Of a DNA stretch of 64,000 nt, positions 1-9,524 are shown piece by piece. The notes beneath the pieces are model-generated. The model searched no databases and was not told where the DNA came from. It worked only from the letters and a program-made list of their open reading frames with translations. A program made the translations under genes and the position numbers. The DNA is taken from the NCBI GenBank assembly GCA_965220085.1, contig CBDCOZ010000003.1, forward strand, positions 288,001-352,000, in the 5' to 3' direction. Within the stretch, counting starts at the first letter, position 1. Each line of letters starts with the position of its first letter. Source of the DNA: Candidatus Oxydemutatoraceae bacterium (GTDB lineage: Bacteria; Pseudomonadota; Gammaproteobacteria; Poriferisulfidales; Oxydemutatoraceae).

Positions 1-158
1 CGGTCGCGTTGCATCGCAGGGTTGCTTGTCGTCAACAGCGTATCGCCGTCGTAGCGGCGCGTAACGCCCGCCACGCCTTCCGATATTTTTCGCTCGCGGC
101 AGAGAGCGTCGCGGCGACGGTTGTGGAGCTCATTGCGCAGGTCTTTTCTCATGGCCAT
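1..158 (-). pseudogene. Chimera of a bioF-like 5' end fused in frame to a second copy of the bioB 3' region; runs off the left edge
   Basis: Minus strand reads MAMRKDLRNELHNRRRDALCRERKISEGVAGVTRRYDG (BioF-like N-terminus), then [14 protein letters not shown]. Nt 1-47 are identical to bioB nt 778-824. Confidence 0.65.
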
Positions 159-360
159 TAGTTGAGTTCTCCCGTCACTTTACTTTTAGTTTCGGGTATT
201 TAGAACGGTTGCATGACTGCTTGTCATTCCGATGCTACCGTTCGTCAAAAAAGTTTCTCACAAGCGCGCTGATTTTCATATGTTGCGTATTTTCAAAGAA
301 GGCCGGCCGTGTTATATTCATATTGGTGGCCTTCGGATATTTAACCAATTGGAGGTTATC

Positions 361-633
361 ATGGACGCACAAATGAATGACGCACAATACAACACACTTA
401 TAACTGCGATAGACAAGCTCGGGGGTAGGTTGCATAAGCTTGAAGAAGAAGTGCATACGCTCAAGGAGGGGCAGCACAGGCTTGAGAGTGAAGTGCATAC
501 GCTTAAAGACAAGATGCAAGAGCAACATCAGGGGACTATCCGCTGGGTGATGAGTTTGTTTGTAGCCGCCTTGCTTGTGAATGGCCCTGTCATCGGAGCG
601 ATTGTCAGCTTTGTTATCCTGAAGCTAAATTAA
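361..633 (+). CDS. Small coiled-coil protein with C-terminal TM anchor
   Basis: GGAGG RBS before ATG 361; repeated LExEVHTLK; hydrophobic C-terminus. Confidence 0.7.
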   Translation: MDAQMNDAQYNTLITAIDKLGGRLHKLEEEVHTLKEGQHRLESEVHTLKDKMQEQHQGTIRWVMSLFVAALLVNGPVIGAIVSFVILKLN

Positions 634-713
634 TCCTTATTGCATTCCGTTGCGCTCCGAAGGAGCGGCTCAATTTACAATGGCCGCTTCTGCGGAGCGG
701 ACAGCTCGCCCGC

Positions 714-1715
714 TCAATTCGGATTGCCGGCAGATTTGCCAACGAACGGCTCAATGCCGAGGCGGTCAAGCAACGCCCGGTCGCGTTGCATCGCAGGGTT
801 GCTTGTCGTCAACAGCGTATCGCCATAGAAGATGGAGTTAGCGCCGGCCAGAAAGCACAAAGCCTGAGTCTCATCCGACATATTTTCGCGCCCGGCAGAC
901 AGTCGCACCCGCGCTTTGGGCATCAGAATGCGAGCCGCCGCAATCGTGCGCGCGAATTCAATCGGGTCCAACGCCTCTATGCCGCAGAGCGGCGTGCCCT
1001 CAACCTGCACCAGCATATTAATCGGCACCGACTCCGGGTGCGTCGGCATATTCGCAAGTTGCATCAGCAGGCCGGCGCGCACATCACGATTTTCCCCCAT
1101 TCCAAGGATGCCGCCGCAACACACTTTGATACCGGCCCGGCGCAGGTTTTCAAGCGTGTCAAGACGCTCCTGATATGTGCGGGTCGTTATAATGTCGCCG
1201 TAGAACTCGGGCGCGGTGTCCAAATTATGGTTGTAGTAGTCAAGGCCGGCATCAGAAAGCCTCTCGGCTTGGCTATCGCTCAGCATCCCAAGCGTGACGC
1301 ACGTTTCCATGCCCAACTCGGACACCGCCCGAATCATCTCAATGACCAGATCCAAGTTCTTATCGCTCGGCGAACGCCATGCCGCCCCCATGCAGAAACG
1401 ATCGGCGCCATTTTCTTTCGCAGCCTTTGCGGCGCGGGTCACCTCCGCAACCGACAGCAGGCGTTCGACTTCGATGGGGGTTTTGTAACGCGCGCTTTGC
1501 GGGCAGTACGCGCAATCCTCGGGGCATGCTCCGGTTTTAATCGACAGCAAAGTGCTAATCTGCATTTTGCAAGGGTCGTGAAAGGCGCGATGCGCCTGTT
1601 GCGCCTTGTAGAGCAGGTCGCTAAAAGGCAAGCCCAGCAAATCGAGTACTTCCTGCCGCTGCCAATCGTTTCTAATGGATGGGGATGCGGTGTCCGTCAT
1701 TAAAATGAATTTCAA
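714..1715 (-). CDS. bioB: Biotin synthase (radical SAM)
   Basis: [37 protein letters not shown] motifs. Confidence 0.97.
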   Translation of the reverse strand: MKFILMTDTASPSIRNDWQRQEVLDLLGLPFSDLLYKAQQAHRAFHDPCKMQISTLLSIKTGACPEDCAYCPQSARYKTPIEVERLLSVAEVTRAAKAAKENGADRFCMGAAWRSPSDKNLDLVIEMIRAVSELGMETCVTLGMLSDSQAERLSDAGLDYYNHNLDTAPEFYGDIITTRTYQERLDTLENLRRAGIKVCCGGILGMGENRDVRAGLLMQLANMPTHPESVPINMLVQVEGTPLCGIEALDPIEFARTIAAARILMPKARVRLSAGRENMSDETQALCFLAGANSIFYGDTLLTTSNPAMQRDRALLDRLGIEPFVGKSAGNPN

Positions 1716-1955
1716 AATTCCTCAGTTCCAGAGTTCATTGTAAAGCAACTTTCCGGCAAACCCCTCCAAGCGCTTTTTTAAGAGGCGTCACCGTCTCCGC
1801 TGTCATTCCAGTATCGGCAGGAACCCAGTCAGAAATGTATGTGTGTGGCTTATTTTGAGCCGTGATTCTACCGTTCATCCGATGAACATTACCGCTTGTC
1901 ATATCGGGTTCAAAAAACACTTGAAATTGGCGCAGGATTGTGTTTTAACTTACCT

Positions 1956-2390
1956 ATGGAAGATTCTAGCACTATTAAAAAAGTTTATAATGCGCTGAAG
2001 AAAGTGCCGAACATATCCGATGAGGAAGCATTTGACATGGCAGAAATGATGGGAGCAGTAACCAACATGGCGACCAAAGAGGACTTGCGGGAGTTGGCAG
2101 CGGCGACCAAGGAGGATCTGCGGGAGTTGGCAGCGGCGACCAAAGAGGACTTGCGGGAGTTGGCAGCGGCGACCAAAGAGGACTTGCGGGAGTTGGCAGC
2201 GGCGACCAAAGAGGATCTGCGGGAGTTGGCAGCGGCGACCAAGGAGGATCTGCGGGAGTTGGCAGCGGCGACCAAGGAGGATCTGCGGAAGTTGGAGATG
2301 GCGACCAAAGATTCCTTGCTGTATCGCACCTATGCCATTATCGGTATCTTAGGAACCCTTATCGGGGCGCTTGAATTCTTTGGCGGGTAA
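1956..2390 (+). CDS. Coiled-coil repeat protein with C-terminal TM (DUF1640/Bdr-like architecture)
   Basis: 7x ATKEDLRELAA-type repeats followed by a hydrophobic tail. Confidence 0.75.
   Translation: MEDSSTIKKVYNALKKVPNISDEEAFDMAEMMGAVTNMATKEDLRELAAATKEDLRELAAATKEDLRELAAATKEDLRELAAATKEDLRELAAATKEDLRELAAATKEDLRKLEMATKDSLLYRTYAIIGILGTLIGALEFFGG
2070..2312 (+). repeat. 33-bp coding tandem repeat x7
   Basis: GCGACCAARGAGGAYYTGCGGGAGTTGGCAGCG units. Confidence 0.95.
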
Positions 2391-2634
2391 TCCAGAGCAA
2401 GCGTCGCTTCATCTTATGGTTCAAATGCCGCCCCCGATACCCAAAGGCGCAAACCCTCACCCTAATTCCTTCAACCCAGAACATCACTCCAAAAGAAAGC
2501 GCCTCATAAAAGGGCCAAGCCGCACTGCTTGGAAAGCATGGGCTCAGCCAAGCAGGAGGCTGCCCTCAGCAACGCCGCGCAAGCAAGGCGTGATATGATA
2601 GCCACACAGCGGCTCCCTTTAATATCTGACAAAC

Positions 2635-3591
2635 TTGCATCCAAACTTGCATCAAGCGACGAAAGTGATTTCTGGCAAGCACAACATCATTCGCGGGCGA
2701 CACCGTTTCGGTCGCTATTGCGTGACACCGCATGCGCAGAATCCGCGCGCGCTGGTTGAGTGGATCGAAGCGCGCCGGTATCTGGATTGTGAGTCGCAAG
2801 CGCACTTGCTAAAGCAACGGAATCCCGGCCGCGCTAAAAACAAGCTGTTTGAGATGCAACCGGCGTTCCACCCGCGCCCCGCAGTGATGAAAGTCTGCTC
2901 GGTTGACCCGCGTTATCGGTGGCGCCGCCAAGCCGAGTTGTTTATCCGGCAGTGGTTCAGGGATTACAACCGGACGGCATTTCGGGGGTGTTGCGCGCTC
3001 TTTGCCAGCGGGGCGCCGGTTGCCGCTCCTCTGGCGTGGTGGCAGCACCACGAAAGTCTGTGGCGGCGCAAAACCTATTTTCTATACCAGAAAGTTCCGG
3101 CACAGATGTCGGTAAGAGGCTTGCTCGCACCGGATAGGGAACAGCAAATGCCTCCCGATGTTTGCCATGCGCTCGCAGCCAAGATAACAGCCGCAATCAG
3201 AGACATTCACGCGACACATTGGCGGCACAATGATATGCAACCGGGCAACATCCTGACTACTTTGCCACAGAGCTTTGACGCGGATACGATTCGCAACACG
3301 CCCATTTGCATTGTGGATTATGACCACTGTGCTCCGGTGAGATTACGTTGGTCTGCCATACGGCGGTTCTTCGATTTGAAATGCCTGAGCCAGGTTCGCC
3401 TGCCGCATGTGTCCGATGCGGAGTTGCTCGCATATTACTCAAAGGGCGCCGCATCGGGCGCCGCATCGGCGTTCTGGCTATTCACACTGAAATTTTGGAA
3501 GCGCGGAGGGTTCAATATTGCGCGGCAGATAAGAGGGCGCCGCCCGCAACGAACGCGCGGAGCGCACTTAAAACCGCGGCACAGGGCATAA
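2635..3591 (+). CDS. Lipopolysaccharide kinase (Kdo/WaaP-like) family protein
   Basis: AVMK, HNDMQPGNIL catalytic loop, IVDYD. Confidence 0.8.
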   Translation: MHPNLHQATKVISGKHNIIRGRHRFGRYCVTPHAQNPRALVEWIEARRYLDCESQAHLLKQRNPGRAKNKLFEMQPAFHPRPAVMKVCSVDPRYRWRRQAELFIRQWFRDYNRTAFRGCCALFASGAPVAAPLAWWQHHESLWRRKTYFLYQKVPAQMSVRGLLAPDREQQMPPDVCHALAAKITAAIRDIHATHWRHNDMQPGNILTTLPQSFDADTIRNTPICIVDYDHCAPVRLRWSAIRRFFDLKCLSQVRLPHVSDAELLAYYSKGAASGAASAFWLFTLKFWKRGGFNIARQIRGRRPQRTRGAHLKPRHRA

Positions 3592-3594
3592 GGC

Positions 3595-3870
3595 ATGTCG
3601 GCGCGCTTCAAAACCATGGTCGGGAAGGCGCTGGGGAAAGCCGCCCGCCCGTCTGTCATTGAAGCGGTGCGCTCTGATTCTCTGACCTATCTTAGCAAGA
3701 GTGCGCTGCGGGATTTGCACAATCACGTGACCAAACTGGAAAGCAAAAAGGCGGATGGCTTGTTGATAGAGGCGGGCTGTGCGCTGGGCGGGTCGGCGAT
3801 CGTAATCGCAGCGGCGAAGTCCAAAGAGCGGACGCGCGGAGCGCACTTAAAACCGCGGCACAGGGCATAA
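3595..3870 (+). pseudogene. Duplicated 5' part of the TylF-like methyltransferase fused to a repeat of the kinase 3' end (279-bp tandem duplication)
   Basis: Near-identical to 3874-4110; ends in RTRGAHLKPRHRA like the upstream kinase. Confidence 0.85.
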
Positions 3871-3873
3871 GGC

Positions 3874-4614
3874 ATGTCGGCGCGTTTCAAAACCATGGTC
3901 AGGAAGGCGCTGGGGAAAGTTGCCCGCCCGTCTGTTATTGATGCGGTGCGCTCCGGCTCCCTGACCTATCTTAGCAAGAGCGCGCTACAGGATTTGCACA
4001 ATCACGTCACCAGACTGGAAAGCAAAAAGGCGGACGGCCTGTTGATAGAGGCAGGCTGTGCGCTGGGCGGGTCGGCGATTGTAATCGCAACGGCGAAGTC
4101 TAAAGAGCGGCCTTTCCGCATATACGATGTATTCGGCATGATTCCTCCCCCATCCGACAAGGACGGCCAAGATGTTCACCGACGATATGCGACCATCGCC
4201 GACGGCGCGGCGAAGGGGCTCGGCAAGGGCAAGTACTACGGGTATGAAGAGAACCTCATCGCAAAGGTAGCGTATAATTTCAAGGAGCATAATGTCCCCG
4301 TCAAAGAGAACAACATCCGTTTAATCAAAGGTCGGTTTCAGGACACGATGCAGATTCAAGAACCGGTGGCGCTGGCGCACATAGACGGCGACTGGTACGA
4401 ATCAGTCACGACGTGCCTTCAAAGGATTGAACCTCGCCTGATTCCCGGAGGGGTGTTGGTCATCGATGACTACGGTTGCTGGTCGGGGTGCAAAACGGCG
4501 GTCGATGAATACTTTGAGAACAAAAAGGGCAACTATGAATTCACAGAACGGGAGCGGCGGTTGCACATTATCAAAAGGAACGAGAGCGGTGTCAAAACAG
4601 GTTCAACAATCTAA
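3874..4614 (+). CDS. TylF/MycF (macrocin O-methyltransferase-like) methyltransferase
   Basis: IEAGCALGGS, YDVFG, AHIDGDWYES, VIDDYG motifs. Confidence 0.88.
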   Translation: MSARFKTMVRKALGKVARPSVIDAVRSGSLTYLSKSALQDLHNHVTRLESKKADGLLIEAGCALGGSAIVIATAKSKERPFRIYDVFGMIPPPSDKDGQDVHRRYATIADGAAKGLGKGKYYGYEENLIAKVAYNFKEHNVPVKENNIRLIKGRFQDTMQIQEPVALAHIDGDWYESVTTCLQRIEPRLIPGGVLVIDDYGCWSGCKTAVDEYFENKKGNYEFTERERRLHIIKRNESGVKTGSTI

Positions 4615-5593
4615 AGCCACCTTTTTCAACCGGTACGCCGAAGTGTTTCGGGTCTTGCGAGAAGCCGTCCGCCGCGCATCGGGTTCCCATTTGGGCGGCG
4701 GCGCATTGCGCATCCTGTCGTTCGGGTGTTCTAACGGCGCGGAAATGCTCACAGCCCGCGCCTATTTCCCCGACGCGACCATTCTCGGCTGTGATACCGA
4801 CCCTGACGCGCTCAGGCAAGCGGCGCGCGCGCTGAAAGACGATGACGGTCGAGTCTTCGTTTCAACACCGGAAGCGGTGCGCCGGCACGGCCCCTACAAT
4901 GTGATTCTTGCAAACTCTGTCTTGTGTTCGTACCCAATCCCGGAAAACCTCACAAACCTGTCGGAGAAATTTCCCTTCTCACAATTTTCCGATTTGGGGG
5001 AGATGTTGATCGAGGCGTTAGCGCCGAAAGGGTGGTTTGTTCTCTACAATGCCAATTACAGCTTCAGGCGCCTCCCCGGCGCCGACGCGTTTAATGCGGT
5101 TGAGTCGCCTATGATTGAGGCGAATGGTTTCGCGGATAAATTTGCGCCGGACGGCACCCGCCTGACCCGCGCGGACACGGTGTCAGGGCAACGGACATAT
5201 GACCATCGCCTTCTTGGGTCGGGGCTGACCGACCAAGACTTGCGCAATGTAATCTGGACGCGCGGGTCGCCGCCCCCCGTTTGGCCGCTCACCAATCCGG
5301 CGGCCACAAAAGGCGCGCTTGTGCTTGGGCGCGATCCCGTGCCGTTGTTAGCGGAGGGCAGGATTGCGGCGGGCTTGTATGCCGAGCGTTTTGATACCCC
5401 GTCCGGTCTCTTGCTTCGTCGCGAATGGCGCAAAGGCACCATCGGCGGAGACATTGCCCGTCTTGGGTCTTGGGACACCCGCGCCGGCCCGCCGCTTGCC
5501 GAGAACGGCTGGTTCAAGCCCGCTCATCGTCGCCGAGGGTATTGGAATACCGTAAAGTCTTTTTTCAACCCGCGAGACAATGGCCCGACTTAA
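4589..5593 (+). CDS. Class I SAM-dependent methyltransferase-like protein (likely GTG start 4589; ORF open from 4466)
   Basis: RILSFGCSNGAE and ILGCD SAM-binding motifs. Confidence 0.72.
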   Translation: MSKQVQQSKATFFNRYAEVFRVLREAVRRASGSHLGGGALRILSFGCSNGAEMLTARAYFPDATILGCDTDPDALRQAARALKDDDGRVFVSTPEAVRRHGPYNVILANSVLCSYPIPENLTNLSEKFPFSQFSDLGEMLIEALAPKGWFVLYNANYSFRRLPGADAFNAVESPMIEANGFADKFAPDGTRLTRADTVSGQRTYDHRLLGSGLTDQDLRNVIWTRGSPPPVWPLTNPAATKGALVLGRDPVPLLAEGRIAAGLYAERFDTPSGLLLRREWRKGTIGGDIARLGSWDTRAGPPLAENGWFKPAHRRRGYWNTVKSFFNPRDNGPT

Positions 5594-5730
5594 CGCATCG
5601 CGACAACGGACGTACGAAGAGAACGGTCTTTTTGCCAAGTCAATACCCGCCGGCTCCGTCGTTTTGGACGCGGGAGCGGGCGACTCAACGGTATAAGCAT
5701 CTGTTTGCACATACGCGCTGCGAAGCCGCG
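5580..5730 (+). pseudogene. Decayed 5' remnant of the methyltransferase that is intact at 19303 and 36870
   Basis: ATGGCCCGACTTAAC...GCATCTGTTTGCACATACGCGCT matches, with indels. Confidence 0.85.
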
Positions 5731-5935
5731 CCCACGCTCCCCGCAAGACCTGCTCCGCGAACCGCAAAACCCGCAGCTTTGCTGGCAAGGTGAGAAGGGA
5801 TGCGCTGAACCCATCTGCTCACAGCCGTGCTTCAATTTTTTAGCCAGAGGCTTTGCTAATTTAGAGCTCTTCCAATAACCCGAAGGCTACACGGGGCCCC
5901 AACCTACGTTTATTTCATGGTCTTTTTTAATAACT

Positions 5936-6250
5936 CTACCGTACCATGGATGCAGGATCCAGAGAGCTGACATCGTTGGGAATGTCTGATAATAATTTAG
6001 GTTCGAGACTCGGAGGGAGGAGTGGTGAATTTCGCGACTGGTACGCCGCTGAATTTCGCGACTGGTATATAGACCACGACGGGCTTATATGTCTAGAAAA
6101 GTCCGGGGGGAGGAGATCCTTAATTTGGGGTTGCGAAAACCTATGATGTGATTGTTCTGCATTATCGTTGTTGGTACCGCTCTGGTTTTCAGCGAATACA
6201 TACGACAATGAAAAAATTAACAATACGATAAAAAATATTAAGCGTTTCAT
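5936..6250 (-). CDS. Small secreted protein, MKxLIFF family (copy 1)
   Basis: AGGAGG RBS; signal peptide MKRLIFFIVLLIFSLSYVFA shared with 4 paralogs. Confidence 0.75.
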   Translation of the reverse strand: MKRLIFFIVLLIFSLSYVFAENQSGTNNDNAEQSHHRFSQPQIKDLLPPDFSRHISPSWSIYQSRNSAAYQSRNSPLLPPSLEPKLLSDIPNDVSSLDPASMVR

Positions 6251-6461
6251 AATTTGCCTCCTAAAGATACCGAAATAAAATAATACAATAAGTTTCGGAA
6301 ATGATGTGAAATATTTTATGCGGTGATTCATTAAGTTGTATGGCAACAATCACAATCGCCAAGCAAATTAGGCGATGGTTCCAATCTAAAATAGTCTAGC
6401 GTAGCCCTCAGCCATTTACTCTTCCGTGTTCTTGAGTGAGGCATGCATATTGACAATTTTT

Positions 6462-7550
6462 CTAGCAACCTTCGCACATCATGTCTGGCAGGCACCTCTC
6501 ACTAGCTCCTTTAGCCAACAGACGGCGCATGCCTTCCGCTTTGTTTTGCGCTTCCTTCAGTTTTTCTGCAGACAATTTTTTAGCAATAGCATCTCGGGGA
6601 GATTCTGAATCCTCATGCCCGCTAGCTGCTGCAATAGAAAACCATACATATGCCCTTTCGTGGTTTTTCGGAACACCTCGTCCTTCTGCGTACATCGCAC
6701 CGAGGTTGTGTTGCGCTACGGCATCACCTTGTTCAGCGGCGCAACGATACCATTTCATTGCCTTTTCGTAGTTTTGCGTAACACCTCGCCCTTTTGCGCA
6801 CATCCAACCGAGATTGGATTGTGCTTCGGCTAACCTCTGATTAGCAGCAAGCCGATACCATTTTATTGCCCTTTCGTAGTTTTGCGTAACACCTATTCCA
6901 TGTGCGTACATCCAGCCGAGGCTGAATTGTGCTTCGGCTAACTTCTGATTAGCAGCAAGCCGATACCATTTCACTGCCTTTTCATGGTTTTTTTGCGAAG
7001 CAACACTTCTTTCGCACATCACACCGAGGCTGGATTGTGCTTCGGCTAACCTCTGATTAGCAGCAAGCCGATACCACTTCACTGCCTCTTCGTAGTTTTG
7101 CGTAACACCTCTTTCATTTGCGTACATCAAGCCAAGGCTGAATTGTGCTTCGGCTAACTTCTGATTAGCAGCAAGCCAATACCATTTTATTGCCTCTTTG
7201 TAGTCTCGCGGAACACCTATTCCTTTTGCGTACATCCGACCGAGGCTGAATTGTGCTACGGCTAACTTCTGCTTAGCAGCAAGCTGAAACCAGTTCACTG
7301 CCTCTTTGTAGTTTTGCGGAACACCCTGCCCTTTTGCGTACATCCGACCGAGGCTGAATTGTGCATCGGCTGAACCCTGATCAGTAGCAAGCCGTATAAG
7401 TTCCTTCTCGCTAATTATGTTACTACCTTCTGGGTTTTTATCTGGTGCTTTTGCCTCCATTCTATTCTGGTTATCTTCATTAGCTTCCCCGTTTATCTCT
7501 GTTGTAGGTGGCGGACACCATTGTATGATGCCATGACATATTGGGCACAT
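6462..7550 (-). CDS. Sel1-like repeat protein, N-terminally truncated by an IS end
   Basis: Repeated AQFSLGxMYAxGxGVxQNYxEAVKWYRLAA; first codons come from an IS terminal repeat. Confidence 0.85.
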   Translation of the reverse strand: MCPICHGIIQWCPPPTTEINGEANEDNQNRMEAKAPDKNPEGSNIISEKELIRLATDQGSADAQFSLGRMYAKGQGVPQNYKEAVNWFQLAAKQKLAVAQFSLGRMYAKGIGVPRDYKEAIKWYWLAANQKLAEAQFSLGLMYANERGVTQNYEEAVKWYRLAANQRLAEAQSSLGVMCERSVASQKNHEKAVKWYRLAANQKLAEAQFSLGWMYAHGIGVTQNYERAIKWYRLAANQRLAEAQSNLGWMCAKGRGVTQNYEKAMKWYRCAAEQGDAVAQHNLGAMYAEGRGVPKNHERAYVWFSIAAASGHEDSESPRDAIAKKLSAEKLKEAQNKAEGMRRLLAKGASERCLPDMMCEGC

Positions 7551-7657
7551 GGGGCAAATGTTGTGTGCTTTGTGTCATTGGCGCTTGCACGGCATCCATA
7601 GCAATGCAATGCCCGGGATGCGTTGCCTTAGAACCTTTGCAAGACAGGGCTTGCGCT
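7522..7657 (-). mobile_element. IS481-family relic (terminal repeat plus internal fragment)
   Basis: TGTATGATGCCATGACATATTGG end; KATHPGHCIAMD fragment. Confidence 0.7.
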
Positions 7658-7739
7658 ACGGTGTGCTGTGCCGACGCGGGGTCGCGCACCCAAGCGCATC
7701 TTATCGGATGCACCGGCAATCAGTCGTGCGATAGCGCGC

Positions 7740-8150
7740 GGGCTATGTTTTTTGTTGAAGCCAAGAAGTCAGAATGCTCGCCGGCATACATGGCGCTCCC
7801 CAATCTCCGCATTATCAACGACCGCGCCTTGTAATGTTGCTTGGCCCGTATCGCCATCGGCATTGCTTTGACCTGACCGCCCCGCTCACGCATTCCCAAC
7901 ATGGCGGTTTTCCCGACCGCGCCCCGACCGGCACGGAGTTTCTTATTTGCATGCGTGTTTGATTCTTGACCGCCGATGCATGTTTCATCTGTTTCCACAC
8001 CACCCTCAAGCATGAATGCTTCCTTCTGATATGCTTCACGGATGCGCCGAAGCACAAACCATGCTGTCTTCGGGTAATGCCCGACTCTGTTGGCAGTTGT
8101 AAAGATGATATGCCTTTGCCGGCTGTCAATACCGAGTAGCAAATCATCGC
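7740..8150 (-). mobile_element. IS1595-family transposase pseudogene fragment
   Basis: KTAWFVLRRIRE, VETDETCIGG, GRGAVGKTAMLGMRERGGQVKA; frameshifted. Confidence 0.85.
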
Positions 8151-8267
8151 CCACTTTGCCGGTGGCGCGGGGGAGTGTTTGATGCCATGACATTGGCAAT
8201 CCCCGTCGCGGTCGTCGGTGCCGCAGGCTACATCATCGGCACACCGCTTGGCATAGCCATCGCTACG

Positions 8268-8864
8268 CTATTGCGGTGATACGCCGCGGTTGGAATCCTT
8301 TGTTTCCGAGTTAGCATTGGGTTTCCACAAGTCAGGATTAACAGGCGGCGTTCTATAAAGCTCATCCAATAAGCCCTCGCGCAGTTTTTTCCAGTGGTCA
8401 ACTATCTGCTCTTCCGCTATCTGTTTTTCTGTAGCGCTCGGATTCACTTTGCTTGGATTTATTTTCTCAATGCATCCGTAAATCCCTTCCAATCTCCGAA
8501 AAGGGTCAAGCCCTTCAACATTCTTAAATATTGTCCTTATGCTATCTATCGCACATGATAATTTAAATAACGCCTCTTCATATTCATTTGTTGAAGGGTT
8601 GGCTTTTCTAGCATATGCAACAGATAATTGAACAGATTCAAGAACTGCTCTCCACAATTCCTGCAATGCTTTTGCATGTGAAAGTCTGCTTTGAATGCAG
8701 TAAGCGATATAAGCAGAGGCAACGCCGAAAAGTAAGAGCGTCGCATCTCCCCAAAATTCGGAATACCTTTGATCAGCCAAACCCAAACCCAACAAGCCTA
8801 CAGCCACAGCGAGCAATATTGCCCCGACTGAAACCACATGACATCTAAACTGTTTGCGTGACAT
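8268..8864 (-). CDS. Hypothetical protein with 2 N-terminal TM helices
   Basis: 198-aa ORF directly downstream of the DUF1353-like gene. Confidence 0.7.
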   Translation of the reverse strand: MSRKQFRCHVVSVGAILLAVAVGLLGLGLADQRYSEFWGDATLLLFGVASAYIAYCIQSRLSHAKALQELWRAVLESVQLSVAYARKANPSTNEYEEALFKLSCAIDSIRTIFKNVEGLDPFRRLEGIYGCIEKINPSKVNPSATEKQIAEEQIVDHWKKLREGLLDELYRTPPVNPDLWKPNANSETKDSNRGVSPQ

Positions 8865-8867
8865 TTT

Positions 8868-9452
8868 CTATTCCTTGCAAGGGCAAGCGCCGTTCGCAGG
8901 CGCCGTCTCGCTCTCTTTCCTCGATGTTTTCATGATCAATATTTTTATGAGTTTAAAAATTTTTCCAGGCATAGTGAATATTCCAAACCACCAAACCCCT
9001 TGCATAGTGAATCTTTTTCCAAACAACCGAACCCCTTTCCAACGAAGCCAAGCTCTAGGGCGCCACATTCCATTCGCTACACAAAAGGCATAATAAAGCC
9101 AATCTGCTTTCTCTCTAAACTCAGACCTTTTCATTGCTCCCATTTTTTCTTGTGATATCCCATATTCCAAACGCATCATTTGATACAAGGCATCATGAAC
9201 AAGCGAAGCGAACATGCAGCCGCTTGTGTCAGGCACTGCGGTAGAACCATCCCAGCAATAGTTCTCCAATACTGTCAGAAACCCGTCTCCGGATAATGCA
9301 ACTAATTTAATTCCGGCACGATTATTTATAGAATAATCTTCCCCTGTGTTTATTTTTGTATCACAGCAGATTGCCTGATCAACACAATAAAGCCACTCTT
9401 GACCTTCTCTTCTATTGCGATAACGCAAAGGTTTCTCTTCTGCGCCATTCAT
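8868..9452 (-). CDS. DUF1353-like protein
   Basis: WDGST...ASLVHDALYQ...REKAD motif. Confidence 0.7.
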   Translation of the reverse strand: MNGAEEKPLRYRNRREGQEWLYCVDQAICCDTKINTGEDYSINNRAGIKLVALSGDGFLTVLENYCWDGSTAVPDTSGCMFASLVHDALYQMMRLEYGISQEKMGAMKRSEFREKADWLYYAFCVANGMWRPRAWLRWKGVRLFGKRFTMQGVWWFGIFTMPGKIFKLIKILIMKTSRKESETAPANGACPCKE

Positions 9453-9524
9453 ATTAATCCCCCTTTCACTGATGACTTTTCAGGTTTCACATTATCATGC
9501 TTTTTATTTCACCACAAGGTTATG

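Noticed and set aside
2418-2441. Functional tRNA gene
   Set aside because: Only a 3'-end-like fragment; no D or anticodon arms upstream.
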